64,000 nt of DNA. Origin: Candidatus Altiarchaeota archaeon. Lineage in GTDB: Archaea; Altiarchaeota; Altiarchaeia; IMC4; SCGC-AAA252-I15. Position numbers and translations under genes: made by a program. Position 1 is the stretch's first letter, and each line of letters begins with the position of its first letter. Location of the stretch: assembly GCA_043800255.1 (NCBI GenBank), contig JAZDNF010000001.1, forward strand, positions 128,001-192,000, given 5' to 3'. The notes under the pieces were generated by a model that was given only the letters and a program-made list of their open reading frames with translations, had not been told where the DNA came from and did not search any database. Shown here piece after piece: positions 36,401 through 44,569 of the stretch.

Positions 36401-38421
36401 ACTATGGGCCCAACCTGCAGGGGAACATACTCCCCCGGCCCAGCCAACCTTATACAATATTCAACTGGTTTAACATGCCTGAAACGACATCGGACGGTTA
36501 TACCCTAGAGGATGATACTGCTAACATCTCAGTCAGAGGGAATTACACGGCGAATATGACCCTCTTCAGGGAGGATAAGGCGCTGCAGTGCGCATGGGAC
36601 AGCTGCCTACCGCGGTCAGGGGTAGAACGAGACAGAGTATACCAGGATTCTTGCTCACATACTTCGCCATGCAGCGGCTGCTGTACCAGTTGGAGCGGCC
36701 CAGGTTATTGTGGGATACCTGGATGCAGTCCAACCTACTCAGACCCATGCGGCCACTCAGGGCAGTATGCAAACAAGTGGGAGCACTGTGAACAGTGGCA
36801 GGCGCAGTTAGTGGACTCCAATGGCAATGGCGTCTGCGATGCGGGTGAGTATTACAATTGCCAGTGTTCGTCTGAAACGTACTATTACCGCTGCATTGCC
36901 TGCTGGCTGCATGAGGATTGCAGCTATCCAATTGGCCCGAACGATTTCACGAGCATAGCCAGCAGCCAGGAGAACGTTACTGACACATCATCGGTCCAGG
37001 CTGATCCCTACGGAGAGAACCTGACAATATCCCCCCCTCTGTCAGGCGATACTAGTGTCAAAATAACGGTTGGGGGATACGTTGACACCAAGCAGAAGGT
37101 CGGAGCGTCAGGCGTCATCCAGATATCAGGCGAGCCTGACATAATAAGTGGTTTCACGCTCCTCGTGCCTGATGTAATACGATTAGAGCATATCACAAAA
37201 CAATACCCTGCAGAGCATATGCTCACCAGGCTCGCAATTGCAAGCTCATGGGATGATTGCCCAACCGCTAGCTCAGACCTAACGTGCAAGGACGATTCCG
37301 GGACAGATCGTACCATAGCCTGCAACGACTATAAGCAGTACAATATTCTGGGCGCAGGTGAAAATGAAAACCAGGTTCTAACCTGCCTTGACACGGCATC
37401 GAAGAGGGAGATAAGCAGGTTCATACCCTTAAGAGATCCCCAGTGGGCTTACCTGTATCTCATCAACAACCCCCTTAACAAGTACTACTACTTTGTCGAC
37501 CGCTATGATGCAACAGACAAGAACTACACCTTCAGGGTCGATGTTGTAGGATTAAAACCCGGCTTAGTTGGCGGCGTAAGCATCGTGAAATGGGCCGATG
37601 CCGCGAAGAATGTCGGCACGTTCAGAAATTATCACGAGGACGAGAGGTTCTACTACGATCTGGCAGACCTCTACCGGCAGCCCCGCGATTACAATGTCGT
37701 GCGTCTGGAAGCACTGCCTGAATTGGCCGACTCGCCAGTCCAGAGAAAGACGAATGTTGATACCATATCCTTGGACTTCATGACGACTATGAACGGAGAG
37801 GTATTCTACAATCCATCAGACAAGTCATATACTCTGGAATTCTGGTCAGATAACATAAATGTCTCAGACTTCGGGTATGCCAAGCTCATAATCTTTACAA
37901 ACTACCGCAACATCGAGATTCCCCTCGTAAATGCGGTCACAGTAGGCGGAGTCACATCAGCGGTGATTCACAGGATTCCTGTTACCATAACCTGCAATCC
38001 GTGGAAGGCTGACGCCTTCACAACAGTGGACTTCTCATGCACTATTAACGCAGCAGTTCCGAATCCTGTCATGGAACTGCGCTTCGACGCCCCCTACTCC
38101 CAATACTCAGGAAGATACATGTCAGGTCAGGTGATACCCCTAAAGACGGACCGGTCAAGCATAACAGTCAAGGCGAAGTATGACGGTAACTACAATGGCG
38201 GCCCGAGCCAAGCATATTCCGGCGCGGAACTGATACACCGCACGAATGTGACCTCGAAGGGCGCGTTGCTTTTCCTGCTGAGGAACATACTGGTGCTGAT
38301 ACTCGCGTTCTTCGTGATTGTCGGCTACAGGTGGTTCATGAAGAACAGGCTTGACTTTGAGATGATGATAAAAGAGTCTGGAATATACGAGGCGCTGGAG
38401 GACTTTTTGGGTTTGAAGTAG
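30469..38421 (+). CDS. Giant (2650 aa) Cys-repeat cell-surface protein, signal peptide and C-terminal TM anchor
   Basis: Signal (ALA-E), two classes of Cys repeats, many N-x-S/T sequons, C-terminal hydrophobic helix and short tail. Confidence 0.85.
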   Translation: MEIPAGCKSSGSLSLLRKYCSVLALILLYLISPALAETTCEVTPDRVCGDGDPWYGTILINAEGNYNSAGSAAVDINNNVMSGASTSDCFVKIVAVQSDGDSWCLTPAGVAYACPSMLNLHVANYSEAFSGEYSVLGDPILYINPSTGVPDPDNGNYTVVDADWEFVGINESHEVSEIYNIRKREEPDFSVVKRIVVYTLVRGCDNIELIGGINCKNEKLTQVDYDVLGGEADTVYYKNLQNRGYTPCEYFVIDYGKFYRYPGVYFVLLNKSKFGSNRGLSYYSIVGQEDSRRGISRLYEESIRSHEFYDPSDRVCCRYSTATGGVSNYKCVSYEQCEACAFGTSCSEVAPSYCADQTPICCGMDCSSGDFRELRSVYNSILIWNWEAGPRVVGCDLCGPGNVTCSMGSSLSAYYAHPSKNIRIYPPYYPDRYCGYYFEPRQMIGTCDCVTGENCGEDDCARCSRMGYGCRWDTAGINECLGCHYSIEPTAQPDLKLIDKSVKSIETALNETFITWSEWWCNSCGKNMQGGNDGPWGLIQGEGATCMGLDNDTTIPCSLYDCKVPWNCSDPQPVGNNWNYPSRGAGVGYIYYIAQGSRDYGDYLTDVDPTNCSDYVTDSDPPYFLNDRYSKCYNDGSTWKCNCTRPEHVPKQHTPCECPSGSYDCCIEYVDYDDAQTFLINEEKAVPSPCAPSPQGLHCYFYGEEEAGASECTCEMSLGTCDPPDGYCSKNAGETPVTCSADCNSCDPKPCNDNAVCEPNEHYSWCDDCLCEDSSDGCDFGSDDENPLFCIADVYIPQYTGAAPPVNPSTGKAVNKFNRCPCGDNRCSPIFNENNETCPNDCGYPPSVVGDGVCWNRDGATESWMNQGPTCYAFIGNWADGCATVDCPLPPGENGDGVCQFWNGEWQGGESEDMEVIDSSADCSGSYDCCVPADVYCDDDGVCRTDRREGEYSASYPTPQTCADCQGCDTTCNDDGHYEYTCCEYYCWDGIGNCNVPCSAGDPDVCSYQNPVSCGASDPDQCPTSPQWVGCDPGETSTNCPNDCKDSSVCDGDGDCEPCYGENTANCGSDCKPSGACIVNGICEPVFGENLQTCPQDCPVTVNNPGDCGDEVCWWDVFGSPGSSPPAWETHENCWDEDTKTGDCPHPPGWCGDFVCWPYPPFIDTSSTCHTDLDGPGYETDYCCPQDCDPQPYDGNHVCEPTENCQDNENDCPFPPAKDVNNAPRDDDICQWWAGETPADDDACDPPTVGELQYVCKGTPPRCCACPDVYTSSAFDPSYYRMFTRDSIWTKTFKMTPEVSNSTLRDCTTELSCLEAKNLYGPAGSPGASCWENASNLVCDGCYGGGTNCKNCNGNDTYKQPVTQCGDYTISADECMADPCGAATVASGIKYGGCFNPGGGCTDCYTIWGRGCSAYAADQWNCEHDPCDIENCAWNKAAGQCQDVGASQLYCADVCPPGTCFEDECIKSSKLTLDGCMFTSTGLGCVSCDDVRSCSDVAKASCKANTCRDLKCFWDSTDNRCKDCRGVIHTEGCAGYANITDCIDNPCGVVSGCAWGEEDKCIDCSLINSCQDYLKPCGPFTGIGCRWAPDESCTDCYPDDPLGLKAYGAACHTDPCNVGPCGMVDTNPGFGETWTCMPRGEYKLGCYEAVYSAAVEDEKMLCSLNAMNLTPGGCYWDLEDERCYSCYGHDALDSDASDNDNYPVPACENYDRGREGDNVTCLDDWCDIGPCYWNNTRLSGDRCKKAFSIKPAADQTGWIRSGGKSGELSPNEIDANAGGGPFWVHAGGGADIPNLSEAWGNTPPYPPNQAFCADYREGSIWSELKSYYTVRRNYCYSVQDPVLNACDPTTTTCALGGVGGAGWYGEAGVQAENLNSRRPRKPVGAHGGDGVDDPPYVCGTMCGKYVTPYSDPYSPPILSTTRWPHPDDYFNPYMWAWFNLTVNETDLSGVNEMTITDVYVRSTSLRADSRGIETRGGHYGPNLQGNILPRPSQPYTIFNWFNMPETTSDGYTLEDDTANISVRGNYTANMTLFREDKALQCAWDSCLPRSGVERDRVYQDSCSHTSPCSGCCTSWSGPGYCGIPGCSPTYSDPCGHSGQYANKWEHCEQWQAQLVDSNGNGVCDAGEYYNCQCSSETYYYRCIACWLHEDCSYPIGPNDFTSIASSQENVTDTSSVQADPYGENLTISPPLSGDTSVKITVGGYVDTKQKVGASGVIQISGEPDIISGFTLLVPDVIRLEHITKQYPAEHMLTRLAIASSWDDCPTASSDLTCKDDSGTDRTIACNDYKQYNILGAGENENQVLTCLDTASKREISRFIPLRDPQWAYLYLINNPLNKYYYFVDRYDATDKNYTFRVDVVGLKPGLVGGVSIVKWADAAKNVGTFRNYHEDERFYYDLADLYRQPRDYNVVRLEALPELADSPVQRKTNVDTISLDFMTTMNGEVFYNPSDKSYTLEFWSDNINVSDFGYAKLIIFTNYRNIEIPLVNAVTVGGVTSAVIHRIPVTITCNPWKADAFTTVDFSCTINAAVPNPVMELRFDAPYSQYSGRYMSGQVIPLKTDRSSITVKAKYDGNYNGGPSQAYSGAELIHRTNVTSKGALLFLLRNILVLILAFFVIVGYRWFMKNRLDFEMMIKESGIYEALEDFLGLK
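32629..34104 (+). repeat. Protein-level repeats, type 1: C(G/D)DGxC...E...CPxDC (about a dozen degenerate copies)
   Basis: e.g. CGDNRCSPIFNENNETCPNDC, CDGDGDCEPCYGENTANCGSDC, CIVNGICEPVFGENLQTCPQDC. Confidence 0.75.
34561..35697 (+). repeat. Protein-level repeats, type 2: C..Y....C..DPC...C.W.....CxxC
   Basis: e.g. CSAYAADQWNCEHDPCDIENCAW, CAGYANITDCIDNPCGVVSGCAWGEEDKCIDC, CLDDWCDIGPCYW. Confidence 0.7.
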
Positions 38422-38425
38422 GAGC

Positions 38426-40552
38426 ATGAAAAACCACAAATCATTAGGGTTGGCGGTTCTGGTTTTAGCGATAGTGCTGACTGCACAGCCTGTTGAAGCG
38501 GCTGTAAGCGACACGCTGTTCTATTTCCTGAACGAGATACTCAAGCTGGTAGCTCTCCTTTACAAGCATTTGATAGTGCTTGCCGGCCAGATTCTCAAAT
38601 TATACGTTGATGTCATAGAGCAAAGCCTGCTCGCAAACCCTCAGATATACCCTCTGAAGGACAGTGCAGGAAATCTTACGACAAACGGCGCGATAATAGC
38701 AGGCTTCCTGAAAATACTCGCTCCAGTTTATTTCATATCACTCCTCCTGACGGGCCTTTACATGATTTTCATGGCAGAGTCTCCTTCGGGGAGGGCGAGC
38801 GCCAAAAACAACCTTGACAAGCTTCTTGTCTCGATGATTCTGGTCGCTGTTTCGCCAGGCCTATACCAGATATTAGTGGACATATCTCAGGTTACAACTA
38901 ACGGCATCCTATCCGTTGTCAGGACAACGCTGGCGGAGGATGAGACAATGGCAGATGCCATATACTCCTCGTTGATGAGCGCACCACCCCAAACGCAACT
39001 GATGATGCTGCCGATATTCATGATCGTCCTGTGGATTCTCGCAATAGCGTTGTTTGTGATGTGGTTCAGATACCTTATCGTGCTCGTGTTCGGCCTGATC
39101 TTCCCGATAATAATATTCCTCTATCTGTTCGGGTTCACCAAGACATTCGGCGCGAAGATGATGAGGTTCGCTCTCGTCTGGATATTCACTCCAGCATTGA
39201 GTGCGCTGTGGCTTGCCATCTCCATATTCCTCCTCACAGCATCGGCGTCGGAGTCGTTTACAGGAGGCCTGGTCACGCCATTCCTCTTCGCGACGAGCAT
39301 GTTCCTGATATCAATAGCTCCCCTCGTGATGAGCGGCCTCATGGCGTGGCTCGGCGGCCTGATTGCGATGGCAGGGATGATGATACCCGGAGGGTGGGGG
39401 ATAGCATTGGCAGCCATAGGAGGCGTAATGCAGGGCAAGGATCTGGGATCGATAGCTGGTTCCACAATAGGATTAGAGCTCCAATTCCACAAGTTACTTG
39501 GGAAGGGCATGGCCGCGGCCGGCCAAAAAAGCAGGGGCGGCGCATTCGGAGCGTTGGGTATGGGAGGAAAGGGCGCGAGCGCGGCTGGTAGGGCTACCGA
39601 AGCCGGTGGCAAGGCAGTCAGTGCGGGTGGGAAGGCAGTTGGTGGCGCATTTCAGGCTGCAGGCGCAGCCGTTGGTGCAACTGGAGTCGGAGCTCCCATC
39701 GGGGCAGCATTGGCTGGAATCGGCAAAGGAATATCAGCAGGCTCGGAGGCAATCGGTAAGGGGATTGAATTTGCAGGCAAAGGTATGAAGGCTGGAGGCA
39801 GTGCAATGGAGTCTGCCCGCGGCAGGCACCTGAAGGCGGCAGGCAGGGGCAAAATAACAGAAGCCAAGGGCGCGAGAGACAGGGCGAAGTCCTTGCAGGC
39901 GAGGGGAGACAAGCTTAAGAGCGGCGGGTTTATGTCGCAGGTGAGGGCTAAGGCTGGCATGTATGACACTCGTGCTAAGTTAGCGGAGAGGAAAGCAGGC
40001 AAACTGAAAGATAAGGGAGTGAGCATGCGGAACAAGGGCAAGGGCATCATAGCGGAAAGCAAGAAAGGCGCTCCTGGCCTGAACTTTGGGGACACTAAGC
40101 TCGGCCAGAAGATGAAGAAAGTGGCTGATGTCGCGAAAACTGCAAGAGGGGCTGTCGCCAGCAAGAGCCTGAGGCTGACATCGTTGGCCGGCGTTGACAG
40201 GGACACTGCCAAGCTTCTGAGGACAGCTAACTATAAAACGAAGGGCGCGGTTGCGAAAGCCAGCGTAGGAGATCTGCAGAAGGCCGGCCTCAGTGCAAAA
40301 CAGGCGGAAGACGCTTCTAAGTCTGCGAGGAGCCATGTCGCTGGAGAGAGGCAAAAAGGCGCTGGCACGGACAGAGAGCCTTCAACCGAGGATCGTATTA
40401 GGAAGGGCATCAAAGATGACAAGAGTGACGATGCTGATAAGAGAAGGATGGACGAAGTCCAGCTTAAGAGCCAGCTCGCCAGCCCAGGCAGGAGATCTCG
40501 TGATAGGGGGCAGAGGACAGATGACATCATAGACGGCATGGACGCCGAATGA
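38426..40552 (+). CDS. VirB6/TrbL-like polytopic membrane protein with Gly/Ala-rich linker and HhH-like domain
   Basis: Multi-TM core with FRYLIVLVFGLIFPIIIFLYLFGFTKTFG...WIFTP pattern; TrbL-like G/A-rich region; HhH-like segment near the C-terminus. Confidence 0.65.
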   Translation: MKNHKSLGLAVLVLAIVLTAQPVEAAVSDTLFYFLNEILKLVALLYKHLIVLAGQILKLYVDVIEQSLLANPQIYPLKDSAGNLTTNGAIIAGFLKILAPVYFISLLLTGLYMIFMAESPSGRASAKNNLDKLLVSMILVAVSPGLYQILVDISQVTTNGILSVVRTTLAEDETMADAIYSSLMSAPPQTQLMMLPIFMIVLWILAIALFVMWFRYLIVLVFGLIFPIIIFLYLFGFTKTFGAKMMRFALVWIFTPALSALWLAISIFLLTASASESFTGGLVTPFLFATSMFLISIAPLVMSGLMAWLGGLIAMAGMMIPGGWGIALAAIGGVMQGKDLGSIAGSTIGLELQFHKLLGKGMAAAGQKSRGGAFGALGMGGKGASAAGRATEAGGKAVSAGGKAVGGAFQAAGAAVGATGVGAPIGAALAGIGKGISAGSEAIGKGIEFAGKGMKAGGSAMESARGRHLKAAGRGKITEAKGARDRAKSLQARGDKLKSGGFMSQVRAKAGMYDTRAKLAERKAGKLKDKGVSMRNKGKGIIAESKKGAPGLNFGDTKLGQKMKKVADVAKTARGAVASKSLRLTSLAGVDRDTAKLLRTANYKTKGAVAKASVGDLQKAGLSAKQAEDASKSARSHVAGERQKGAGTDREPSTEDRIRKGIKDDKSDDADKRRMDEVQLKSQLASPGRRSRDRGQRTDDIIDGMDAE

Positions 40553-41122
40553 TTAATGCCGTTTGCAGACTTCCACGAAATTCTTCAGGATATCCGAGCC
40601 TGTTGGCGTGTGATGGACTTCAGGATGGAATTGGACGCCATATACTGCCCTCTTTTCGTGTTTCATAGCCTCTATCTCGCATATGCTTGAATTTGCGAGG
40701 CATATGAAGTCATCAGGCAGTTTCACCACCTCGTCCTTGTGCGACTCCCAGACTGTCAGTTTGTCGTCCAAACCCCTGAACAGGTCATCTTTCTCCAGTA
40801 CTCTGATCTCAACCTCAGCATACTCCGCCTTCGAGCCCACCTCAACATTGCCGCCGAAGTGTTCTGCGATAATCTGATGGCCCAGGCAGATGCCAAGCAC
40901 AGGGTATTCCTTCTCCAGAATCCGGTTGTTCAGGCTGAGAAGCTCCCTCTCGCTGTAGGCTGAATAGGGCCCGCCGCTGAGTATGAGACCCTCAGGGTTC
41001 TTCTCCTCAACCTCTGAAACAGGCGTTCTGACGTCAACTATCTCAGATTCGACGTTCAGGTACTTGAGGCTCCTCCATATCCTGTGAACGTATTGGCCGC
41101 CGTTGTTGATGATTACTATCAT
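40553..41122 (-). CDS. guaAA: GMP synthase subunit A (glutamine amidotransferase)
   Basis: NNGGQYVHRI, LSGGP, LGICLGHQ, QFHPEV. Confidence 0.93.
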   Translation of the reverse strand: MIVIINNGGQYVHRIWRSLKYLNVESEIVDVRTPVSEVEEKNPEGLILSGGPYSAYSERELLSLNNRILEKEYPVLGICLGHQIIAEHFGGNVEVGSKAEYAEVEIRVLEKDDLFRGLDDKLTVWESHKDEVVKLPDDFICLANSSICEIEAMKHEKRAVYGVQFHPEVHHTPTGSDILKNFVEVCKRH

Positions 41123-41142
41123 ATTAGATAAACGCACTTCTC

Positions 41143-41652
41143 CTAATTAACCATCCTCTTGCCCCTCTCTTGGGGTATGATCCTCTTGCTGCCGTTCATC
41201 TCCCTCTCAAGCTCCCGCCCCAAGAGGAGCCGGTCCAAGAAGACAGCCAAGGCAGCAACTTCAGAATGCGGCTGATGGCCGACTGCGACATTGTAGTCCG
41301 CCATCTCATACGCCTGAGGCGGCACCTTCTTGCCGCCCACCAGTATGAGTTTGTCCTTCTTCGACGACCTTACGCTCTCTATGACATCGTTCAGGTTCAG
41401 GCCGTACATGGTCAGGTGTACTATCTCCCCCCCAAACGAGCGGACATAGTCCTCCCAATCCTCTGTGAAAGCGACCTTGAAGTTGCCGCCCCACGACTTA
41501 ACAGCCCGCTCTATGCTCTCCACTATCCTGGAATCCTTTGAATCAAGTATGAGCTCCTCCGCGCCAAAGGCCCTCGCGGTGAGCGCGACATGGGTTGTCA
41601 TACGATGGTCTCTTGAGAACCTGTGCCCCAGCCTTAAAACCTTCACCTTCAT
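41143..41652 (-). CDS. trm56: tRNA (cytidine(56)-2'-O)-methyltransferase
   Basis: LRLGHR..RD.R.TTHVALTARAFGA, HLTMYG, QPHSEVAALAVFLD. Confidence 0.95.
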   Translation of the reverse strand: MKVKVLRLGHRFSRDHRMTTHVALTARAFGAEELILDSKDSRIVESIERAVKSWGGNFKVAFTEDWEDYVRSFGGEIVHLTMYGLNLNDVIESVRSSKKDKLILVGGKKVPPQAYEMADYNVAVGHQPHSEVAALAVFLDRLLLGRELEREMNGSKRIIPQERGKRMVN

Positions 41653-41658
41653 CTTGCA

Positions 41659-42204
41659 TCAGACGTCCGGGATGACTACTGTCCCGGTCTCGTCTCCCAC
41701 ATTTTTGGTCTGCCCCACCAGATGGAGGAATCCCGTGAATGCTGCGAATATGCTGTCCAGTTCGTCGCGCGTCATAAGCCTCGTGTTCGTGTCGCCGTCC
41801 AAGTCCAGACTGTTCAGCATCTTCTGGGCTCTCATGTCGTTCTTATCGTAGATGCCGAGTATCCTAGCGGATGCTGTTGAAAAGACCTCTATAAGTTTGA
41901 ACTGCTTCCCAAGTTTGTCAGACAGTCTAGAACCTCTCCTGGCTAGGATTTCCATCCCCCTTAATGTGACCGGAAGCGCGCCGTACTGGCGCAGCATGTC
42001 GTCGCATTTCCTGTTCACTCCTGAATAGATCAGAGGCGCGTCTATCGCAACCAGGTCAGGATTCTCGGACTCTATGAGAGCGATTATCCTCTCATCCTCT
42101 TTGACTATGAGGGTGTGGACGCTTTTCTTGTCGCCCACGGTTAGAATGCAGATTCCGGTGTCGTTTTTCGGATTCCCTGCAAGGTCTACCCCCACAATTT
42201 TCAA
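41659..42204 (-). CDS. DUF429 family RNase H-fold predicted nuclease
   Basis: VGVDLAG, AIDAPL, IEV, DELDS. Confidence 0.8.
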   Translation of the reverse strand: MKIVGVDLAGNPKNDTGICILTVGDKKSVHTLIVKEDERIIALIESENPDLVAIDAPLIYSGVNRKCDDMLRQYGALPVTLRGMEILARRGSRLSDKLGKQFKLIEVFSTASARILGIYDKNDMRAQKMLNSLDLDGDTNTRLMTRDELDSIFAAFTGFLHLVGQTKNVGDETGTVVIPDV

Positions 42205-42485
42205 GTTCCTGATTTTTTCTTCTCAGCTTTGGCAGTGCCTTCCTGGCTTTTCATGAATTCAGAGTAACCGCATTTTCCGCACGAGAGCCTGTCCTTGTGT
42301 TTGGCCATGAAAACTCCGGGGCCGCATTTGGGGCAGCTTTTGTTCAGCCTTTCGAGCTTGTCCTTAACGTTGTATAGCTTCCACTTCTTGCTTATCCTGC
42401 TCTTCTTCCGCTCCCTCTTGGTGGAAGACTTCTCCTTTTTCTCCTCTTTCTTCTTCTCTTCCTTCTTCTTCTCTTCGGCCATCAC
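42201..42485 (-). CDS. rps27ae: 30S ribosomal protein S27ae (charged N-terminal extension)
   Basis: [19 protein letters not shown]. Confidence 0.93.
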   Translation of the reverse strand: MMAEEKKKEEKKKEEKKEKSSTKRERKKSRISKKWKLYNVKDKLERLNKSCPKCGPGVFMAKHKDRLSCGKCGYSEFMKSQEGTAKAEKKKSGT

Positions 42486-42931
42486 TTATCGCCTCCCTTC
42501 TCCTCGATTTTAGCCTCCTTCTTCTCTTTGGGTTTTTTACCCGCTTCAGCCGCTTTGGGTTCAGCCTTTTTCTCTTCTTCTTTCTCCTTGGGCTTACCTT
42601 CCGCGCCCTCCTTGCTCGCTTTGGCTTCGTCAGGTTCGGCAGCCTTCTCTTCCTTCTTCTGCTCGAAGTTCTTACGCATTATGTGTTCTGGCTCGATTTT
42701 CATGGCGTTAATGTTACCGTAGACTTTAGCGTATCCTGAAGCCACCCTGGCTCCAAATTCTGACCTAATGTTGTCTACGACGAGAAGCTTCTCGTCGGCC
42801 TTCAGCTTTTTTATGAGGTCGCCTCTGACCTGCTTCATGCTTGGCGTTGCTCCCTCATACTTTACTTTGAACGTTACCTCCCTCCTGCTCAGCAGTTTGT
42901 TGTCCCTCTCGTTTTTTATCTCAATCTCCAC
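42482..42931 (-). CDS. rps24e: 30S ribosomal protein S24e
   Basis: [19 protein letters not shown]; Lys/Glu-rich tail. Confidence 0.93.
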   Translation of the reverse strand: MEIEIKNERDNKLLSRREVTFKVKYEGATPSMKQVRGDLIKKLKADEKLLVVDNIRSEFGARVASGYAKVYGNINAMKIEPEHIMRKNFEQKKEEKAAEPDEAKASKEGAEGKPKEKEEEKKAEPKAAEAGKKPKEKKEAKIEEKGGDK

Positions 42932-43421
42932 CTTCCATCTCCTCCAGTATTTTTTTCACCTTATCCTTTGCTTTCTTGTCGATTCTGACTTCTACGATGC
43001 CCTCACCAGGCTGGCCGTATACTACCGTCCATCCGGCAGGCGAGAGGCTTATGGCAGCCAGCGCTGTCAGGTCCTCCTCTCCTACGACATGTATCTTGGT
43101 TCTCCCCCCGGACTCTAAGGCCTCCCTAAGGGCGTCGAACGCCTCATCTGTCAAGGTGCCAGGCGGGTTTTCGACCGTGATATCCTCAGCCGCGAACTCT
43201 CTTATTGTGGCGTGAGGTTCTATAATCCTCCTCTCGACTTTGTTGTCGTATACCACTATTTGAGGTTGGATTCCCGCTCTAAGGAGGTTGTCAGAGACTG
43301 TGTCTCCGACGGATATTAGCTTATTGCCCTTCAAGCCGTCTACCCTCGTTATAAGCCTTCCAAGAGGCTTCTTAAGCGTTTCCCTCAAATGTCCTCTGAG
43401 CTGGTATCTGGCGTAAGCCAT
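42921..43421 (-). CDS. GTP-dependent dephospho-CoA kinase (DUF359)
   Basis: LKKPLG, SVGD, NPPG, GEEDL, YGQPGEG. Confidence 0.88.
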   Translation of the reverse strand: MAYARYQLRGHLRETLKKPLGRLITRVDGLKGNKLISVGDTVSDNLLRAGIQPQIVVYDNKVERRIIEPHATIREFAAEDITVENPPGTLTDEAFDALREALESGGRTKIHVVGEEDLTALAAISLSPAGWTVVYGQPGEGIVEVRIDKKAKDKVKKILEEMEGGD

Positions 43422-43597
43422 TATCTGACTTTGAGAGCGTACTGGCCAGGCTTTTTTATGTCCATGCGTTTTGCGATTTCAGACGTTTCAGGGTCTATTA
43501 TTGCCATATATCCTGTCCAATACTGCGTGGTGTTTGTCTTGCAGTCGTGGCACTTCTCATCCTCCATAAGCCTCTTACAGCTCTTGCATGCTCTCAT
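43421..43597 (-). CDS. spt4: Transcription elongation factor Spt4 (RpoE'') (58 aa, below ORF-track cutoff)
   Basis: Manual translation MRACKSCK...CHDC...WTG...IIDPETSEIAK...PGQYALKVR. Confidence 0.93.
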   Translation of the reverse strand: MRACKSCKRLMEDEKCHDCKTNTTQYWTGYMAIIDPETSEIAKRMDIKKPGQYALKVR

Positions 43598-44166
43598 TTT
43601 TCAGCACTGGCCTTTTTCTTCTTCTGTTTGCGCTCCTCATCAAGCCACTCAAGCTTCCCGAGGTATGGCTGCCTCATGGTGAGGCCGATTTTTGAGTCTG
43701 ATATCCTGTCTTTCAGGCTTATTGTAACGATCCTTGCCCTTACCAGGTCTTCGACCTTCATGACTTTCTTGGACTCCTTCCCGGAGAGGACTCCGCCTTT
43801 CTGGTCGTAGTCCATGTAGTCTTCAGTAATCTGGGAGACGTGTATCAGCCCGTCCATGGGGCCGCAGCTTACGAAGGCTCCGAATTCAAGAATCTCGGTG
43901 ACCTTCCCCTCGACGACCTCGTGCAGCATAGGCTGGTATACTAGGGCCTTGAACTTTGCCTCATAGTATATTGCGCCGTCCCCTCTTATGACCCTGCCCT
44001 CTCCAACGTCATCGACCTCGGTTATGGCGAGGAAAATCCCAATGTCCTTGTTAACCCTGCCCACTATCGTGTTCTCAAGCTCAGAGATAATCGCCTTGTC
44101 AAGTTCCTCTGAGAACCTTCGGGGCGGTATCCTAACAGTGTCCTCAACGGTAACGATCTTGTACAT
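43594..44166 (-). CDS. rpo7: RNA polymerase subunit Rpo7 (E')
   Basis: VRIPP, GDGA, EFGAFV..GP.DGL.HVSQI, LTMRQPYLGK. Confidence 0.95.
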   Translation of the reverse strand: MYKIVTVEDTVRIPPRRFSEELDKAIISELENTIVGRVNKDIGIFLAITEVDDVGEGRVIRGDGAIYYEAKFKALVYQPMLHEVVEGKVTEILEFGAFVSCGPMDGLIHVSQITEDYMDYDQKGGVLSGKESKKVMKVEDLVRARIVTISLKDRISDSKIGLTMRQPYLGKLEWLDEERKQKKKKASAEK

Positions 44167-44196
44167 TCTAGGTTCTTAAGTATATGAAAGATTGTA

Positions 44197-44568
44197 TTAA
44201 ATACTCACAAGCCGGTCTTTTCCGAGCAGTGTTATTACTGCCGTTCCCTCCTTCCTGAGTCTTCCCCTCAAAACCTTGTCGTTTGTGCATATCACAACCT
44301 CGTTCTTGCTGGCATATTCTCGGATAGCGTCGTCGACATGGCCCTCGCTGTCAATAATCTTGACGTTCTCCTTTTCTATGAGTTTTATCCCCACAGAGGC
44401 TGCCGCGGCGTCACCGCCTCTCCCGGCCGCCAGTTTTTTGAGTTCGTCGACGATGCCGCTTAGTGTAATAAATTCGGCGTCGCTTATTATATCCTGGATT
44501 CCTGAGAATATGTCGATCTTGTTCGTATGCGGGAGCATCAGGAAGTTCGTGTCAAAGAGAACTCTCAT
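44197..44568 (-). CDS. PIN-domain protein (Fcf1/Utp24-like)
   Basis: FDTNFL, VDD, CTNDK; conserved position after aIF2-gamma. Confidence 0.88.
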   Translation of the reverse strand: MRVLFDTNFLMLPHTNKIDIFSGIQDIISDAEFITLSGIVDELKKLAAGRGGDAAAASVGIKLIEKENVKIIDSEGHVDDAIREYASKNEVVICTNDKVLRGRLRKEGTAVITLLGKDRLVSI

Positions 44569-44569
44569 G

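Noticed and set aside
42380-42660. Low-complexity CT-rich repeats
   Set aside because: They encode Lys/Glu-rich tails of S24e and S27ae
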